Shown here: one piece after another, positions 9,002 through 19,475 of the stretch
Layout: each line of letters begins with the position of its first letter
How positions within the stretch are numbered: position 1 is the stretch's first letter
Made by a program: the position numbers and the translations under genes
Source of the DNA: an uncultured Thermococci archaeon
GTDB taxonomy: Archaea; Methanobacteriota_B; Thermococci; Methanofastidiosales; B48-G16
Length of the DNA stretch: 64,000 nucleotides
Assembly: GCA_964595645.1 (NCBI GenBank)
Contig: CAZQQT010000006.1
Coordinates: forward strand, 97,115 to 161,114
Reading direction: 5' to 3'
The notes under the pieces: model-generated
The model's database searches: none
Told to the model about the DNA's origin: nothing
The model's input: only the letters and a program-made list of their open reading frames with translations

Positions 9002-10258
9002 CTATGGTGTAATTCTATTTCTATCCCGTGGGAAAAGGATGCACTCTCGTATATTGTGAATATCCAGTATTTCCATGAGGAGGCGTTCTATGCCCATGCC
9101 GAACCCTCCATGAGGCGGCATCCCATACTTAAAGACCTTAAGATAATCCTGGAAGTTCTCCGGATCCATCCCAAACTGTTGAATTCTCTCTACCAACATG
9201 TCATAATCATGTACCCGCTGACCGCCCGAGGTGATCTCGACACCATTACAGTCAAGATCGAATCCTCGACAATATTTGCCCTCGGGCATGATATAAAATA
9301 TTTTGTTCTCAGGGAACCGTTTGATGAAGTAGTAATGAGTATCTTCTTCCTCCATATACTCTCCAAGTATCCGTTCCTCTTCGGTACCGAGATCCTCCCC
9401 CCATGAGAGGGACCCTCCACGATCGTTGACAATCTCCACTGCCGTATCGTATGAAATTCTCTTGAAGGGTGTTTCAGGAATGTGTACTTCTTTATCGAGA
9501 GTTTTCAGCTCTTTTTCACAGTTTTCTACTATATCCCTACACACACGATAAATGAGATCCTCGAGAACAGACATTACATTCTCTTCATCGTCGATAAATG
9601 ACATTTCCATATCGATGGCCGTTGATTCATTGATATGTCTTCGTGTATTGTGCTGTTCTGCTCTAAAATACCATGTAATCTCAAACACACGTTCAAATCC
9701 GGCAGCCATCATCATTTGTTTATAGAGCTGGGGACTTTGGGAGAGATACGCCTTTTTTTCAAAATATTGCACAGGGAAAAGATCGGTCCCTCCCTCGGAA
9801 GCCGAAGAGATAATTTTAGGTGTGTGGATCTCAGTGAATTCATTTTCAAAGAAGAATCCTTTGGTAGCTCGTAGTAGTTCACTTCGTATTTTAAAAATAG
9901 TAAATATACTCCTTTTTCTCAGATCTAAAAATCGATTGTCTAGTCTCGTATCGAGGCCGGCATCCACCTTTTCCACGGGATCGAGAGGGAGTGGAGTCTC
10001 AGATTTGTTGAGTACGATAATGTCAGAAGGGAGATACTCGAACTCAAAATCCTTTCCCTTACTCTTCTGTTTCGTACACGTTACCTCGATCACATCCTCT
10101 TTGTTGAGTGCGGAAATCGTCTCAAAAAGCTGCTGAGAAACCTTTTTCCTGGGGAGCACTATCTGATGCAATCCCTCTTCATTCCTCAGGATCACGAACT
10201 TTATACCCCCCAGGTCTCTTATCTCATGTATCCATCCTTTCAGTATCATTTTAATCAC
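9002..10258 (-). CDS. aspS: Archaeal-type aspartyl-tRNA synthetase
   Basis: [51 protein letters not shown]; alternative start ATG 10249. Confidence 0.96.
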   Translation of the reverse strand: MIKMILKGWIHEIRDLGGIKFVILRNEEGLHQIVLPRKKVSQQLFETISALNKEDVIEVTCTKQKSKGKDFEFEYLPSDIIVLNKSETPLPLDPVEKVDAGLDTRLDNRFLDLRKRSIFTIFKIRSELLRATKGFFFENEFTEIHTPKIISSASEGGTDLFPVQYFEKKAYLSQSPQLYKQMMMAAGFERVFEITWYFRAEQHNTRRHINESTAIDMEMSFIDDEENVMSVLEDLIYRVCRDIVENCEKELKTLDKEVHIPETPFKRISYDTAVEIVNDRGGSLSWGEDLGTEEERILGEYMEEEDTHYYFIKRFPENKIFYIMPEGKYCRGFDLDCNGVEITSGGQRVHDYDMLVERIQQFGMDPENFQDYLKVFKYGMPPHGGFGMGIERLLMEILDIHNIRECILFPRDRNRITP

Positions 10259-10758
10259 TCAAAAACTATTTTTGTATTCTCTTTTTTTATCTTACTCAGT
10301 GCAGTTTCTATTTCTTCCGTGAGTGCGGGTATCTTATCCCTCGAGGACTTTTCTATCCTCACTCTATTTATTGGCTCTTCGGAGACAGGAAAAATTCTAT
10401 CAATACCAACAAGTTTGGCAGGATAAATTAATTCCGCCACAAATACTTTCAAATCATCTGTATCGCCTACTACTCGTATCTTTTTATTCACTTTTCTTCG
10501 CAGTATCCTCACGATCTTCCCTCGTTTCCCCACCACTCTTCCGACATCCTCTTTGCCCACAATCATTACGATAAGGTTATTAGCCTCAATAGATTTTTTA
10601 AATGTGATATCGCCGAGATTATATTCTTTGTCTATACTATAGAGTGTCCTCGATAACGTTTTATCTAGCTCTGTTATTTCTCCCTTCTCTAATTTCTCGG
10701 AACATGCCTGACAGAGAGGATCGCCTGTAAGACAGTTATCACAGAGTGGTGTTTCCAT
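10255..10758 (-). CDS. NusA-like KH-domain protein with N-terminal Zn finger
   Basis: PLCDNC...LCQAC and KH GxxG loop VGRVVGKRG; GGAGG before ATG 10758 (track start 10797). Confidence 0.85.
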   Translation of the reverse strand: METPLCDNCLTGDPLCQACSEKLEKGEITELDKTLSRTLYSIDKEYNLGDITFKKSIEANNLIVMIVGKEDVGRVVGKRGKIVRILRRKVNKKIRVVGDTDDLKVFVAELIYPAKLVGIDRIFPVSEEPINRVRIEKSSRDKIPALTEEIETALSKIKKENTKIVFE

Positions 10759-10860
10759 TGTTCTGCCTCCAATTGTTTCATAGTCCATTGGGATCATATA
10801 TAAAAAATCTTTGGTTTTTCTACGATGAATTTCATTGCGACCGAAAAGCTTTTATATAAA

Positions 10861-10892
10861 CACTTAGATTAGATGGATGTAAAAACTAAGTG
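10861..10892. promoter_or_regulatory. Inverted-repeat operator candidate after the TATA box of the lipoprotein-Yip1-ArsR operon
   Basis: CACTTAG-N18-CTAAGTG directly after TTTATATAAA (10851-10860), which is preceded by a BRE-like CGAAAAG. Confidence 0.55.
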
Positions 10893-10912
10893 ATTAGAAG
10901 AAAGGTGAAAAC

Positions 10913-11608
10913 ATGATGAAAAAAACATGGTTGGTGCTGCTTGTAATAGGCTGTGTGGTACTCAGCGGATGCACAGTGAGAGTAAAAGACGGAGAACTGT
11001 ATATCAACGCTGAGGCAGGAAAAGAAACAAAGACATACCATTTCGTTGAAGATACAATACTGGACAGGGAAAATTTTGATGCATCGATAAACGTCGGGGA
11101 AATAGATTTGGTTATGTCCAACAATACACTCTACAACATCACCGCAGTGGTAAAATACGAAAAGGAAGAAGAACCTGAATCGCCGACGATTGCAGATTTA
11201 GGCGATACAGTACGGTTCAACGCATCTGTCGGGGACATCACAGGAACGATAGCAGATACTTTTGACACCCTCGAGATAGATATGAATGTAGGGGAGGTAG
11301 ATCTTTCACTGCACTCAGCGAACTTCAAGAGAATAGATGTCTCCGTTGGTGTGGGAGATGTGATGATTCATCTCCCCGAGAAAGGAAGCGGCACAGCACG
11401 GATAAAAGTGGGCACAGGAAGTGCAGAGATCGTAACATCGAAAAGTATAGGATATCTGATCCACTGCAATACGACAATTGGAGCTATTTCTGTTGACGCA
11501 GAGAATATTGAGACAAAAAGAGGAACATACAGGGTGAACCCTGAGAAAGATATCACATATGAGGTATGGATAGATGTAGGAACAGGAAGCATCGAGGTGA
11601 TAGGATGA
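10913..11608 (+). CDS. Lipoprotein with DUF4097/LiaF-like beta-repeat domain
   Basis: Lipobox VLSGC; repeated [N/S]VG[E/D][I/V] beta-solenoid motifs. Confidence 0.75.
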   Translation: MMKKTWLVLLVIGCVVLSGCTVRVKDGELYINAEAGKETKTYHFVEDTILDRENFDASINVGEIDLVMSNNTLYNITAVVKYEKEEEPESPTIADLGDTVRFNASVGDITGTIADTFDTLEIDMNVGEVDLSLHSANFKRIDVSVGVGDVMIHLPEKGSGTARIKVGTGSAEIVTSKSIGYLIHCNTTIGAISVDAENIETKRGTYRVNPEKDITYEVWIDVGTGSIEVIG

Positions 11609-12261
11609 AATTTGTACAGAGAGTAAAAAATGTGATTTTTTCGCCAAGAAAGACATTTCAAAATATACTGGCAGAAGGATTCTCCATGATGGAACCAGTT
11701 GGACTTGTGGTTGGGATAACCTTTCTCAATGTACTGCTCGCTGGTATTGGTGTTGTACGAGGTATTGACGCTATTACCGACTTTCTCTCCGAGCGGGTAC
11801 ACATCTTTCCCTCCCCCCCAATCCACTGGCAGATCGATATCTCCAGCTTTACAGGGGTGATATTTACGGCTTTTCTCGGTGTTGCCGTAATCGTTGCCAT
11901 ATACTCTTTGGTACCATGGATAATTAACGCAGGAATAGGGCATATATCGGCAAAATACCTGTTTAACGGACTGGGGGATTACGAGTCCCTTCTGGCGATG
12001 TATGGATACTCACATGTGGCAGCGCTCACTCTTACGGTGGGGCTCCTTGTATTCATTGCCTCACCAGTAGTGGGGATCTTCGTGATTCTGGCAATGGAAC
12101 TCGCACAGTGGCTCTGGACACTCCTGCTAAGAACGTTCTCGGTGAGTGAAGTCTATGGACTGGACATAGGACGCTCTTTTATCTGTGCGATAATGCCGTA
12201 CCTACTGCTCTTTGTATTCGTATTTGCTATGACGGGTGTACCCTTCATATTTTACGTGTAA
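11605..12261 (+). CDS. Yip1-family membrane protein
   Basis: VIFSPRKTF..I N-terminus, about 5 TM helices, G.GDYESL..YGY. Confidence 0.85.
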   Translation: MKFVQRVKNVIFSPRKTFQNILAEGFSMMEPVGLVVGITFLNVLLAGIGVVRGIDAITDFLSERVHIFPSPPIHWQIDISSFTGVIFTAFLGVAVIVAIYSLVPWIINAGIGHISAKYLFNGLGDYESLLAMYGYSHVAALTLTVGLLVFIASPVVGIFVILAMELAQWLWTLLLRTFSVSEVYGLDIGRSFICAIMPYLLLFVFVFAMTGVPFIFYV

Positions 12262-12930
12262 GTGATACATATGGTATCAATATCAAAAAGAGATCCACTG
12301 AAAGGAATGGCAGCTCTGTACTCACTCACAAATGAGACGAGGATGAAGATAATCGATCTTCTTCTTCAACGATACCGAGTGGGGATGACACCCTCAGCAA
12401 TTGCTGAGGTACTGGACCTGAGCTTGCCTACTGTCACGAAGCACCTAGAGATACTCGAAGACGCAGGACTAGTAAACTACATGTACACACGGGAGGGAAC
12501 TCCCTCCAAGGTATATAAAATCGTCGATCTCTATCTCACCGTCCAAATAGACCTATCAAAATTTGTAAAGGCATTCAATCGATCAGAACTCGAAAGAAAA
12601 GCTACAAAATATATACAGAAAAAAATGGAAACAGGATTGCCCAGAGATATCACAATAGATGACATACAACACACAATCGACACGGATCAGGACACAGCGT
12701 ATGTAGTGTATGAGTATATTACTGAGAAGGAGACTGAGCTCATCGTCAAACCGATCGCTTCAATGATACACGACTACATCAACGAAGAGAATAAGAAAAG
12801 AGTAGAGATACGTGAGCTAAAAAAAATCAACGCGGATGAACATTGGATAGAAGCTGCATGCAAATACATTCAGAATAAAGGGATATACACGTATAGGGAT
12901 AAAGAGTTAATCCGAGTTGAAGTAGAATAA
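12262..12930 (+). CDS. ArsR-family winged-helix regulator with C-terminal extension
   Basis: LTNETRMKIIDLL...IAEVLDLSLPTVTKHLEILEDAGLV. Confidence 0.85.
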   Translation: MIHMVSISKRDPLKGMAALYSLTNETRMKIIDLLLQRYRVGMTPSAIAEVLDLSLPTVTKHLEILEDAGLVNYMYTREGTPSKVYKIVDLYLTVQIDLSKFVKAFNRSELERKATKYIQKKMETGLPRDITIDDIQHTIDTDQDTAYVVYEYITEKETELIVKPIASMIHDYINEENKKRVEIRELKKINADEHWIEAACKYIQNKGIYTYRDKELIRVEVE

Positions 12931-12995
12931 TACTATCCTCTTCTTTTTCTTTTTTTGTTGAAAGAATTTAAAAACGATAAAACGGAAAACATATC

Positions 12996-14096
12996 ATGGG
13001 TACATTACGTTGCGAGATGTGTGACGCGTCATACTCATGGGACAAGAACATCTGGCGATGCAGCTGTGGAGGACTACTCAGGATAAAAATGGAGATAGCA
13101 TTCCCTATAAAAAAAATAGAAAAAAGAATTTCAACGCTATGGAGATACAGGGAGGCACTTCCCATCGAGAACGATGAGAATATCGTTTCTTTTGGTGAAG
13201 GCATGACGCCATTGATCGAAGAGCAGTTCAACGGTACCACTGTACTGCTGAAAGAGGATCATCTCTTTCCCACCGGCTCCTTCAAGGATAGAGGTGCATC
13301 TGTGCTCATGAGCAAGGTGAAAGAACTGGGTGTGACAGACATTGTTGAGGATTCTTCTGGAAATGCAGGTGCTGCAGTTGCTGCGTACGCGGCGAGAGCA
13401 GGTGTTTCATGTGACATCTATATTCCGGCAACAACATCTTCAGCTAAACTAGCGCAGATACAATGCTACGGCGCAACACTTCATGAAAATCCGGGTAGCA
13501 GAGAAGATGCCGCCAATGCTGCACTGAGCGCTGCCGAAGAAGCGTACTATGCGAGTCACTACTGGAATCCCTTCTTTTTTCACGGGACAAAAACCTGTGC
13601 CTTTGAACTCTGTGAACAGCTCGAGTGGACTGCACCGGATACAATAGTCGTTCCTGTGGGTCATGGGACGCTTCTGCTCGGAATGTATATCGGATTTAGT
13701 GAACTGTTGGATGCAGGGATTATAGAGAGACAGCCCAAAATTATTGCGATCCAGTCTAAAAACTGTAGTCCGCTGTACAACGCATATAAAGGAGAACTAA
13801 CGAGGGTGCCAAAGGTAAAGAAAAAGAAAACACTCGCCGAGGGTATTGCCATCGCTGAACCGCTCCGAGGAACGCAGATTCTCAACGCTGTAAAGGATAC
13901 ACACGGTGAATTTATTGCGGTAAACGAAAGAGAGATAGAAGACGCACAGAAGGAAATGTGTATGAAGGGACACTATATAGAGCCGACCGCAGCTGCAACA
14001 ATCGCAGGACTGAAACGGTATATGGAACGAGATACGGCTGAACGTGTGGTTGCCGTACTCACGGGACATGGACTAAAGTGGTCGAAATCTCTTTAA
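12996..14096 (+). CDS. thrC: Threonine synthase-family PLP enzyme
   Basis: SFGEGMTPL, PTGSFKDRG (PLP Lys), DSSGNAG, PVGHG, LTGHGLK. Confidence 0.88.
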   Translation: MGTLRCEMCDASYSWDKNIWRCSCGGLLRIKMEIAFPIKKIEKRISTLWRYREALPIENDENIVSFGEGMTPLIEEQFNGTTVLLKEDHLFPTGSFKDRGASVLMSKVKELGVTDIVEDSSGNAGAAVAAYAARAGVSCDIYIPATTSSAKLAQIQCYGATLHENPGSREDAANAALSAAEEAYYASHYWNPFFFHGTKTCAFELCEQLEWTAPDTIVVPVGHGTLLLGMYIGFSELLDAGIIERQPKIIAIQSKNCSPLYNAYKGELTRVPKVKKKKTLAEGIAIAEPLRGTQILNAVKDTHGEFIAVNEREIEDAQKEMCMKGHYIEPTAAATIAGLKRYMERDTAERVVAVLTGHGLKWSKSL

Positions 14097-14118
14097 AGTT
14101 GAAGCGTCCAAAGATACC

Positions 14119-15183
14119 ATGATCGTTCACACCGCTGACTCCCATCTAGGTCTCACGCGATACTACAAGGTAGATCCTGAAACAGGAATAAACATCCGTC
14201 TTCTGGATTTCTGCTACGCATTTCGGGAAGTTATCGATTTTGTCGTAGAAAATAATCCTGAATTATTTATAATCTCTGGTGACGTGTTTGACAAAGTGAA
14301 TCCAACAAATTTTGTTCGAAAATTCGTGCAGAAGGAATTGTATAGAGTATCGGAGAAGAAAGTCGATACCTTTATTATCGCTGGAAACCATGAGACTCCC
14401 AAAACCAGGGGGGTGACGAATCCGCTCACCCTCTACACCTCGATTCCACATATCCATATTGGGTTGAAACCCTTTGAAAAAAAAATAGGAGCGTACCGAA
14501 TCCACGGTGTTCCCTACACTGACCACCCAGAAAAGCATATTAAAAAGCCTGCGGACGGATACAGAAATATTTTAATGCTCCATACAACTGTTGAAGGCGC
14601 AAAACTCTCGAGTGAACGGTACATGTCCTTCGATGAAAGTTCCATTCTTCCATCACAGGTTCCCGGGTACGAGTACGTGGCTCTTGGGCATATCCACAAA
14701 TTTCAGATCCTCAAAGAGAACCTCGTCTATCCTGGATCCCTCGAGAAGTACGATTTCGCCGAGATCGATGACGAGAAGGGATTTGTCGTGTATGATGGGG
14801 ACATAGAGTTTATAAAAACGTCTACACGGGACATGATCGAAGTTACTGTGTCGTGTGAAAATAAATCAGGATTTAAAATTACGGAAGAAGCTTTAGAGAA
14901 GTTGGAGGATATCGATGATAAAATAGTGCGAATGGTCCTAGAAGGTGAGATATCAGCAGCAGATAAAAAGGATATAAACTACCAGAAAATTAGAGGAAAG
15001 GCGAATGATGCACTATACTTCACGCTGAAAGACACGCTTTCCTCCCAGAAAATTCCTGATTTTAAAGAGGAAAAACTCCTTTTTTCTCCAAAAAAAGAAC
15101 TAAAAAATTATCTAGAAACAGCCAATCAATCTTCTGCATACAACGCAGGAAAAGAAATCATTGATGAGGTGCTTGATCTTTGA
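14119..15183 (+). CDS. mre11: Mre11/SbcD DNA repair nuclease
   Basis: ADSHLG, GDVFD, GNHE, LGHIH, YPGS; translationally coupled to rad50. Confidence 0.92.
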   Translation: MIVHTADSHLGLTRYYKVDPETGINIRLLDFCYAFREVIDFVVENNPELFIISGDVFDKVNPTNFVRKFVQKELYRVSEKKVDTFIIAGNHETPKTRGVTNPLTLYTSIPHIHIGLKPFEKKIGAYRIHGVPYTDHPEKHIKKPADGYRNILMLHTTVEGAKLSSERYMSFDESSILPSQVPGYEYVALGHIHKFQILKENLVYPGSLEKYDFAEIDDEKGFVVYDGDIEFIKTSTRDMIEVTVSCENKSGFKITEEALEKLEDIDDKIVRMVLEGEISAADKKDINYQKIRGKANDALYFTLKDTLSSQKIPDFKEEKLLFSPKKELKNYLETANQSSAYNAGKEIIDEVLDL

Positions 15184-17693
15184 TTATTGACAAAATAACC
15201 CTTTATAATTTCAAGAAGTATAAAAAAACAGATATAGAGTTCGAAAAAAGTATTGTGGGGATCTTTGGGAACAATGGTGTCGGAAAATCCACGATTTTCG
15301 ATGGTATCACCTGGGTACTTTACGGGAAAACGCAATCCACCGATGTTTCTGGAGTGAATCAAGCGGATCTTATCCGAGACGGAGAAGAGAGGATGGGTGT
15401 GGAACTCTTTTTTTCGCTCAACGGTAATAGATACCGGGTATCAAAATACCTGGATAGCAGTGGAACAACAACGAAACTCTGGATGAACGACAAGGTTCAG
15501 GGCACACAAACACGACAGGTACGGAGAATGGTGAAAAAGATACTGGGACTGGACGCAAAGGCCTTTGTTGCCTCATCGTTTATACGACAGAAAGAACTCG
15601 ATCTTTTAAGCTCCAAAACACCATCTGAACGGAAAGGAATCATTAACAGGTTGTTCAATCTTCGAATCTATGAAAAATTTGAGAAATTGGCGAAGGAAAA
15701 GAAAAAAGCTGTGAGGGGGGAGAGACGGTCGCTTTCTGGGAAAAAGGAAATATTTGAGAGTGAAATAGAGCGGATTGGAGAACTTTGTAAAGAAAAAGAA
15801 ATGCTAGAAAAAAAATTCAAAGAAATTTCTAATGAATATAAAAAATTTGAAGATAAACTGCAGGAAAAGAAAGCGAAACTGGAAGAATTAGAAAAAGAAA
15901 AGAAAATATACGATGAAAGTGTAAAAAAAGAAGAGTTATTATCAGAAAAACGTAAATCGAAAAAAGAACGATTGAAAGAACTTAAAGGAGATTTGAAAGA
16001 AATTGAAAAACTAGAAAAAGAATATGAAAAGAAACTTCCAGAGTACAAAGAGTATAAAGAACTCAAAAAATCGTTTAAGAAAATAGAATCGAAAAAAGAT
16101 GAGTACACGCAGCTCAAGAATAGTTTGGAAATCGAAAAAAACAAACTAGAGACAGATCTCAAAAATATAGAAGCTAACATAGAAAAAACGAGAGAAACAC
16201 TAAAAAACAACAAAAAAGAAATAGAAGTATGTAAAGAAAAGGTAAAAAAACTCCCCGAGATCAGAAAAAAAACAAAAAAATACGACGAAATAAAATTAAC
16301 GATCGAAAAGCACGAAAATGATGTAAAAAAACTGCAGAAAAAGATAAATGAACTCGATCAACATCTCACAAAACATGAGACAGAGAAAAAGAACCTGGAA
16401 GAAGATCTCGATCAAATCGAAGGAGTAGGGGTGGGAAAAAAGTGTCCTTTGTGCAAGAGAAAGCTTGATGAGGAACATTACACAACACTTACAGCCAAAT
16501 ACAACAAAAAGATTAAAGAAAAGAACAATGCCATTGCGAAAATATCGAAAAAGAAGAGAAATGCCCAAGATCTTTTAGAAGAAAAGGAAAATACTCTTCA
16601 AAAATTCAAATCTGAGCTCCAAGAAATAGAGGAACTCAGGGAAAAGGAAAACGATCTAAAAATCTACGAAACAACTATTGAAAGGCTTAAAAAAGAAATA
16701 GAAAAATTGCAAAAAGAGATAAAAAACCTAAAAAATGACAAGGAAGAACTTCTCGATAAAAAAAGTTTGGAAATAAAGGCGATAAAGAAAAAAATAAAAG
16801 ATATTGGCTTCAAAGAAGAGAAATATTCACAAATGAAGAAAAAACTTGAAGAAAAAGAGGAAATTGAAAAAAAGATCCCTGTACTTAAAGAAAAGATATC
16901 GCAAAAAGTCGCGGTGAAGAAAAAAATTGCCTCCCTCAACGAAAAAATAAGAAGTATTGAAAAAAACATTCAGCATGTTCACAGTCGTATAGATGAGAAG
17001 GAAAAGTATGCCAAAGAGTACGAAGAACTAAAAAAAGAGATGGAACCCCTGCAAAAAAAGTATGTTGAGCTCTCAAAAGAACACAGCGCAAAATCCACTG
17101 AAATAAAAAATATTCAAGAAAGAATAAACGAGTTGGAAGAGAAAAAAAAGAAATTAAAAGATATAGAAGTAAAAATAAAGGATAAAAAAGAAAAAGAGAG
17201 AGAATACTCCATTCTTTGCGAAGCGTTCTCTGATATTCCTGTCAACATTCAGAATCGGTTGAAACCACGGATCGCCCTTGAAACATCCCAGCTCGTGGAT
17301 GAAATGACCGACGGAAAGTACAGTGAGATAGAGTTAGACGATGATTATGGAATACTTGTTAGATACGACGGTGAACTGCATCCTATCTCACGGTTTTCAG
17401 GAGGAGAAAAAGATCTGATCAATCTTTGCCTGCGAATTGCAATCTCACGCGTGTTAGTTTCTCTCTCCTCAAAACACGGATTCTCACATATCCAGTCACT
17501 TTTCCTCGACGAAGTATTCTCAAGTCTCGACACAGAGAGACGACAGAACCTCCTAAAGACGCTCCACAAACTGCAGAATCATTTTGAACAGATACTCATT
17601 ATTTCTCATGTGAAAGATATAAAAACATCTATACCACATACCATACTAGTAGAAGAAACACCAGAGGGATACAGCACTGTGACGCGTGATTAA
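15180..17693 (+). CDS. rad50: Rad50/SbcC SMC-like ATPase
   Basis: Walker A GNNGVGKST, Q-loop IRQ, Zn hook CPLC, signature FSGGE, Walker B/D-loop FLDEVFSSLD, H-loop ISH, long coiled coil. Confidence 0.95.
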   Translation: MIIDKITLYNFKKYKKTDIEFEKSIVGIFGNNGVGKSTIFDGITWVLYGKTQSTDVSGVNQADLIRDGEERMGVELFFSLNGNRYRVSKYLDSSGTTTKLWMNDKVQGTQTRQVRRMVKKILGLDAKAFVASSFIRQKELDLLSSKTPSERKGIINRLFNLRIYEKFEKLAKEKKKAVRGERRSLSGKKEIFESEIERIGELCKEKEMLEKKFKEISNEYKKFEDKLQEKKAKLEELEKEKKIYDESVKKEELLSEKRKSKKERLKELKGDLKEIEKLEKEYEKKLPEYKEYKELKKSFKKIESKKDEYTQLKNSLEIEKNKLETDLKNIEANIEKTRETLKNNKKEIEVCKEKVKKLPEIRKKTKKYDEIKLTIEKHENDVKKLQKKINELDQHLTKHETEKKNLEEDLDQIEGVGVGKKCPLCKRKLDEEHYTTLTAKYNKKIKEKNNAIAKISKKKRNAQDLLEEKENTLQKFKSELQEIEELREKENDLKIYETTIERLKKEIEKLQKEIKNLKNDKEELLDKKSLEIKAIKKKIKDIGFKEEKYSQMKKKLEEKEEIEKKIPVLKEKISQKVAVKKKIASLNEKIRSIEKNIQHVHSRIDEKEKYAKEYEELKKEMEPLQKKYVELSKEHSAKSTEIKNIQERINELEEKKKKLKDIEVKIKDKKEKEREYSILCEAFSDIPVNIQNRLKPRIALETSQLVDEMTDGKYSEIELDDDYGILVRYDGELHPISRFSGGEKDLINLCLRIAISRVLVSLSSKHGFSHIQSLFLDEVFSSLDTERRQNLLKTLHKLQNHFEQILIISHVKDIKTSIPHTILVEETPEGYSTVTRD

Positions 17694-18311
17694 ATGGTTA
17701 CGATGGAAAACTTCGGCATTGAGATAATAGAGGGGGAAGGAAGATACATTTACAAAAGAAACGACATCGAGAAGATAATACCCGGAAAAGATATCACATT
17801 CGATCTATTTCCTGTAAGCTCCTCTGGAATCGCCAATTATATACAGCTTTCACTCAAAAATCCTATCGTTATATCTCCTAGAGATACCACCACATTCACT
17901 ATAACAGCCCCCTACGATCTCCAGGTAAGGGCGTTGAAAAATAGGAAGTGGACATCTATAGATACCATTCATATTCAGAAAGAAAAATACGCCCTTTACG
18001 GGCCTGTTGAGAAGGGAATGCTCTGTCGATATTTCAAATCGGATTCAAATGAGGAGAAAGACACGGCGATAGTACATATACAAGTTGAAAATGAAACTGA
18101 AACGTGGCAAGAAGTGAGTAAAATAGTGTTTTCAGCAGATATAGAACTCTACGAGGATGAAAAAATCCACTACCCTCCTCTTCAGTTAACCATTACCCCA
18201 ACAGAACTGAAGGTGGCAGAATCTGAGAGAACAGAGGGATTAAAGAAAATTGGAAATTTTATAAAGGACTTCCACGTGAAAAAAGAATTTACCATGGGAT
18301 GGGGCTACTGA
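17694..18311 (+). CDS. DUF432-like protein
   Basis: KYALYGPVEKG.LCRY motif; archaeal family usually found beside MscS genes. Confidence 0.75.
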   Translation: MVTMENFGIEIIEGEGRYIYKRNDIEKIIPGKDITFDLFPVSSSGIANYIQLSLKNPIVISPRDTTTFTITAPYDLQVRALKNRKWTSIDTIHIQKEKYALYGPVEKGMLCRYFKSDSNEEKDTAIVHIQVENETETWQEVSKIVFSADIELYEDEKIHYPPLQLTITPTELKVAESERTEGLKKIGNFIKDFHVKKEFTMGWGY

Positions 18312-19150
18312 TGATAGACTTTACTACACTTGAGACATTCCTTGAAAAAATAGAGAACAAAGAAATATTGGGTCACACTCTTGGCGTGTGGATTTTTTCC
18401 TTAATAGTTATAATTGTGGGGCTTATTGCTGCAAAAATTATTTCGAGGATGGCAAAAAGGTGGAGTAAGAATCGGTTTGATGTACACGGACAGAATCTAT
18501 TGAAGAAAATAGTATACTACGTTATCATCACTATTTTCGTCATGGTTGCGCTCAACAATCTAGGAGTTAACTTCTCTGGTGTACTGGTGGCTGGAGGGGT
18601 ACTCGGTATTGTCCTCGGTTTTGCCAGCCAGACCGTGGTCTCCAACCTTATCTCCGGTGTGTTTATGTACTTTGATAAGCCGCTGAAGATAGGTGACTAC
18701 ATAATCATCCAGAACGAGGATATCAGCGGTGTCGTTACAGAAATTGAGATACTATCCACCAGAATACGTACGTGGGATGGAAATCTCGTCAGAATCCCCA
18801 ATGAAAAACTCTTCAACTCTGTGATAGAAAACAGAGTCTCCAATGAGATACGAAGAATTGAGCTGATAGTAGGAATAGCCTACAAAGAAGATATCGGTAA
18901 GGCAATGGATGTGATAAGAGGAGTATTGGATGAATATCCATATGTACTCGTAGAACCGGCTCCATTTATGTACGTTAAGGAACTGGGAAGCTCCTCCATA
19001 AACATTAGGATACTGGCATGGGCTCCAAACAACTACGCCTTCCAGACGCAGAGAGAGCTCATGAAACCGATAAAGGAAGCGCTGGATGATGAAGGTATTG
19101 AGATACCGTTCCCGCAGAGAGATGTCTGGCTGCGAAAAAAGGACTCATAG
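18311..19150 (+). CDS. mscS: Small-conductance mechanosensitive channel (MscS family)
   Basis: GVLGIVLGFASQ..VSNLISG, KPLKIGD, IPN, GIEIPFPQ. Confidence 0.95.
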   Translation: MIDFTTLETFLEKIENKEILGHTLGVWIFSLIVIIVGLIAAKIISRMAKRWSKNRFDVHGQNLLKKIVYYVIITIFVMVALNNLGVNFSGVLVAGGVLGIVLGFASQTVVSNLISGVFMYFDKPLKIGDYIIIQNEDISGVVTEIEILSTRIRTWDGNLVRIPNEKLFNSVIENRVSNEIRRIELIVGIAYKEDIGKAMDVIRGVLDEYPYVLVEPAPFMYVKELGSSSINIRILAWAPNNYAFQTQRELMKPIKEALDDEGIEIPFPQRDVWLRKKDS

Positions 19151-19203
19151 CCCTATCCTTTTTATAGTATTGGTTTCACACTGGAAGTAGGTGAGAATAG
19201 CAT

Positions 19204-19368
19204 ATGCGGATAGAAGGAAACAAGAAAGATCTCGTCACATGCCCACAATGTGAGTTTACCTTCAGTAAAAGTTACTCCCGAATAGTTTCTTGCAAGGAGT
19301 GCCCTCAGTCTGTGGCCCACTGTTCGTATATAAAATGCCCCAAATGCGGACATGAATTCTATGAGTAG
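19204..19368 (+). CDS. Small Cys-rich Zn-finger-like protein, 54 aa (not in the ORF track)
   Basis: MRIEGNKKDLVTCPQCEFTFSKSYSRIVSCKECPQSVAHCSYIKCPKCGHEFYE*; AGGTGA RBS upstream; 7 Cys. Confidence 0.85.
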   Translation: MRIEGNKKDLVTCPQCEFTFSKSYSRIVSCKECPQSVAHCSYIKCPKCGHEFYE

Positions 19369-19475
19369 AAAGAACGTTCACTACAATGGTATGTGTGACT
19401 CCCTATGTGGATACAGATTCTTGGATCAATTATTTAAAGAGAGTATATCGCAGTATGTAACGGAGAGTAGGTTTG

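Noticed and set aside
15700-17200. A-rich quasi-repetitive DNA
   Set aside because: Lys/Glu codons of the Rad50 coiled coil, not a repeat array
19162-19353. 63-aa minus-strand ORF in the track
   Set aside because: Shadow of the Cys-rich plus-strand micro-protein
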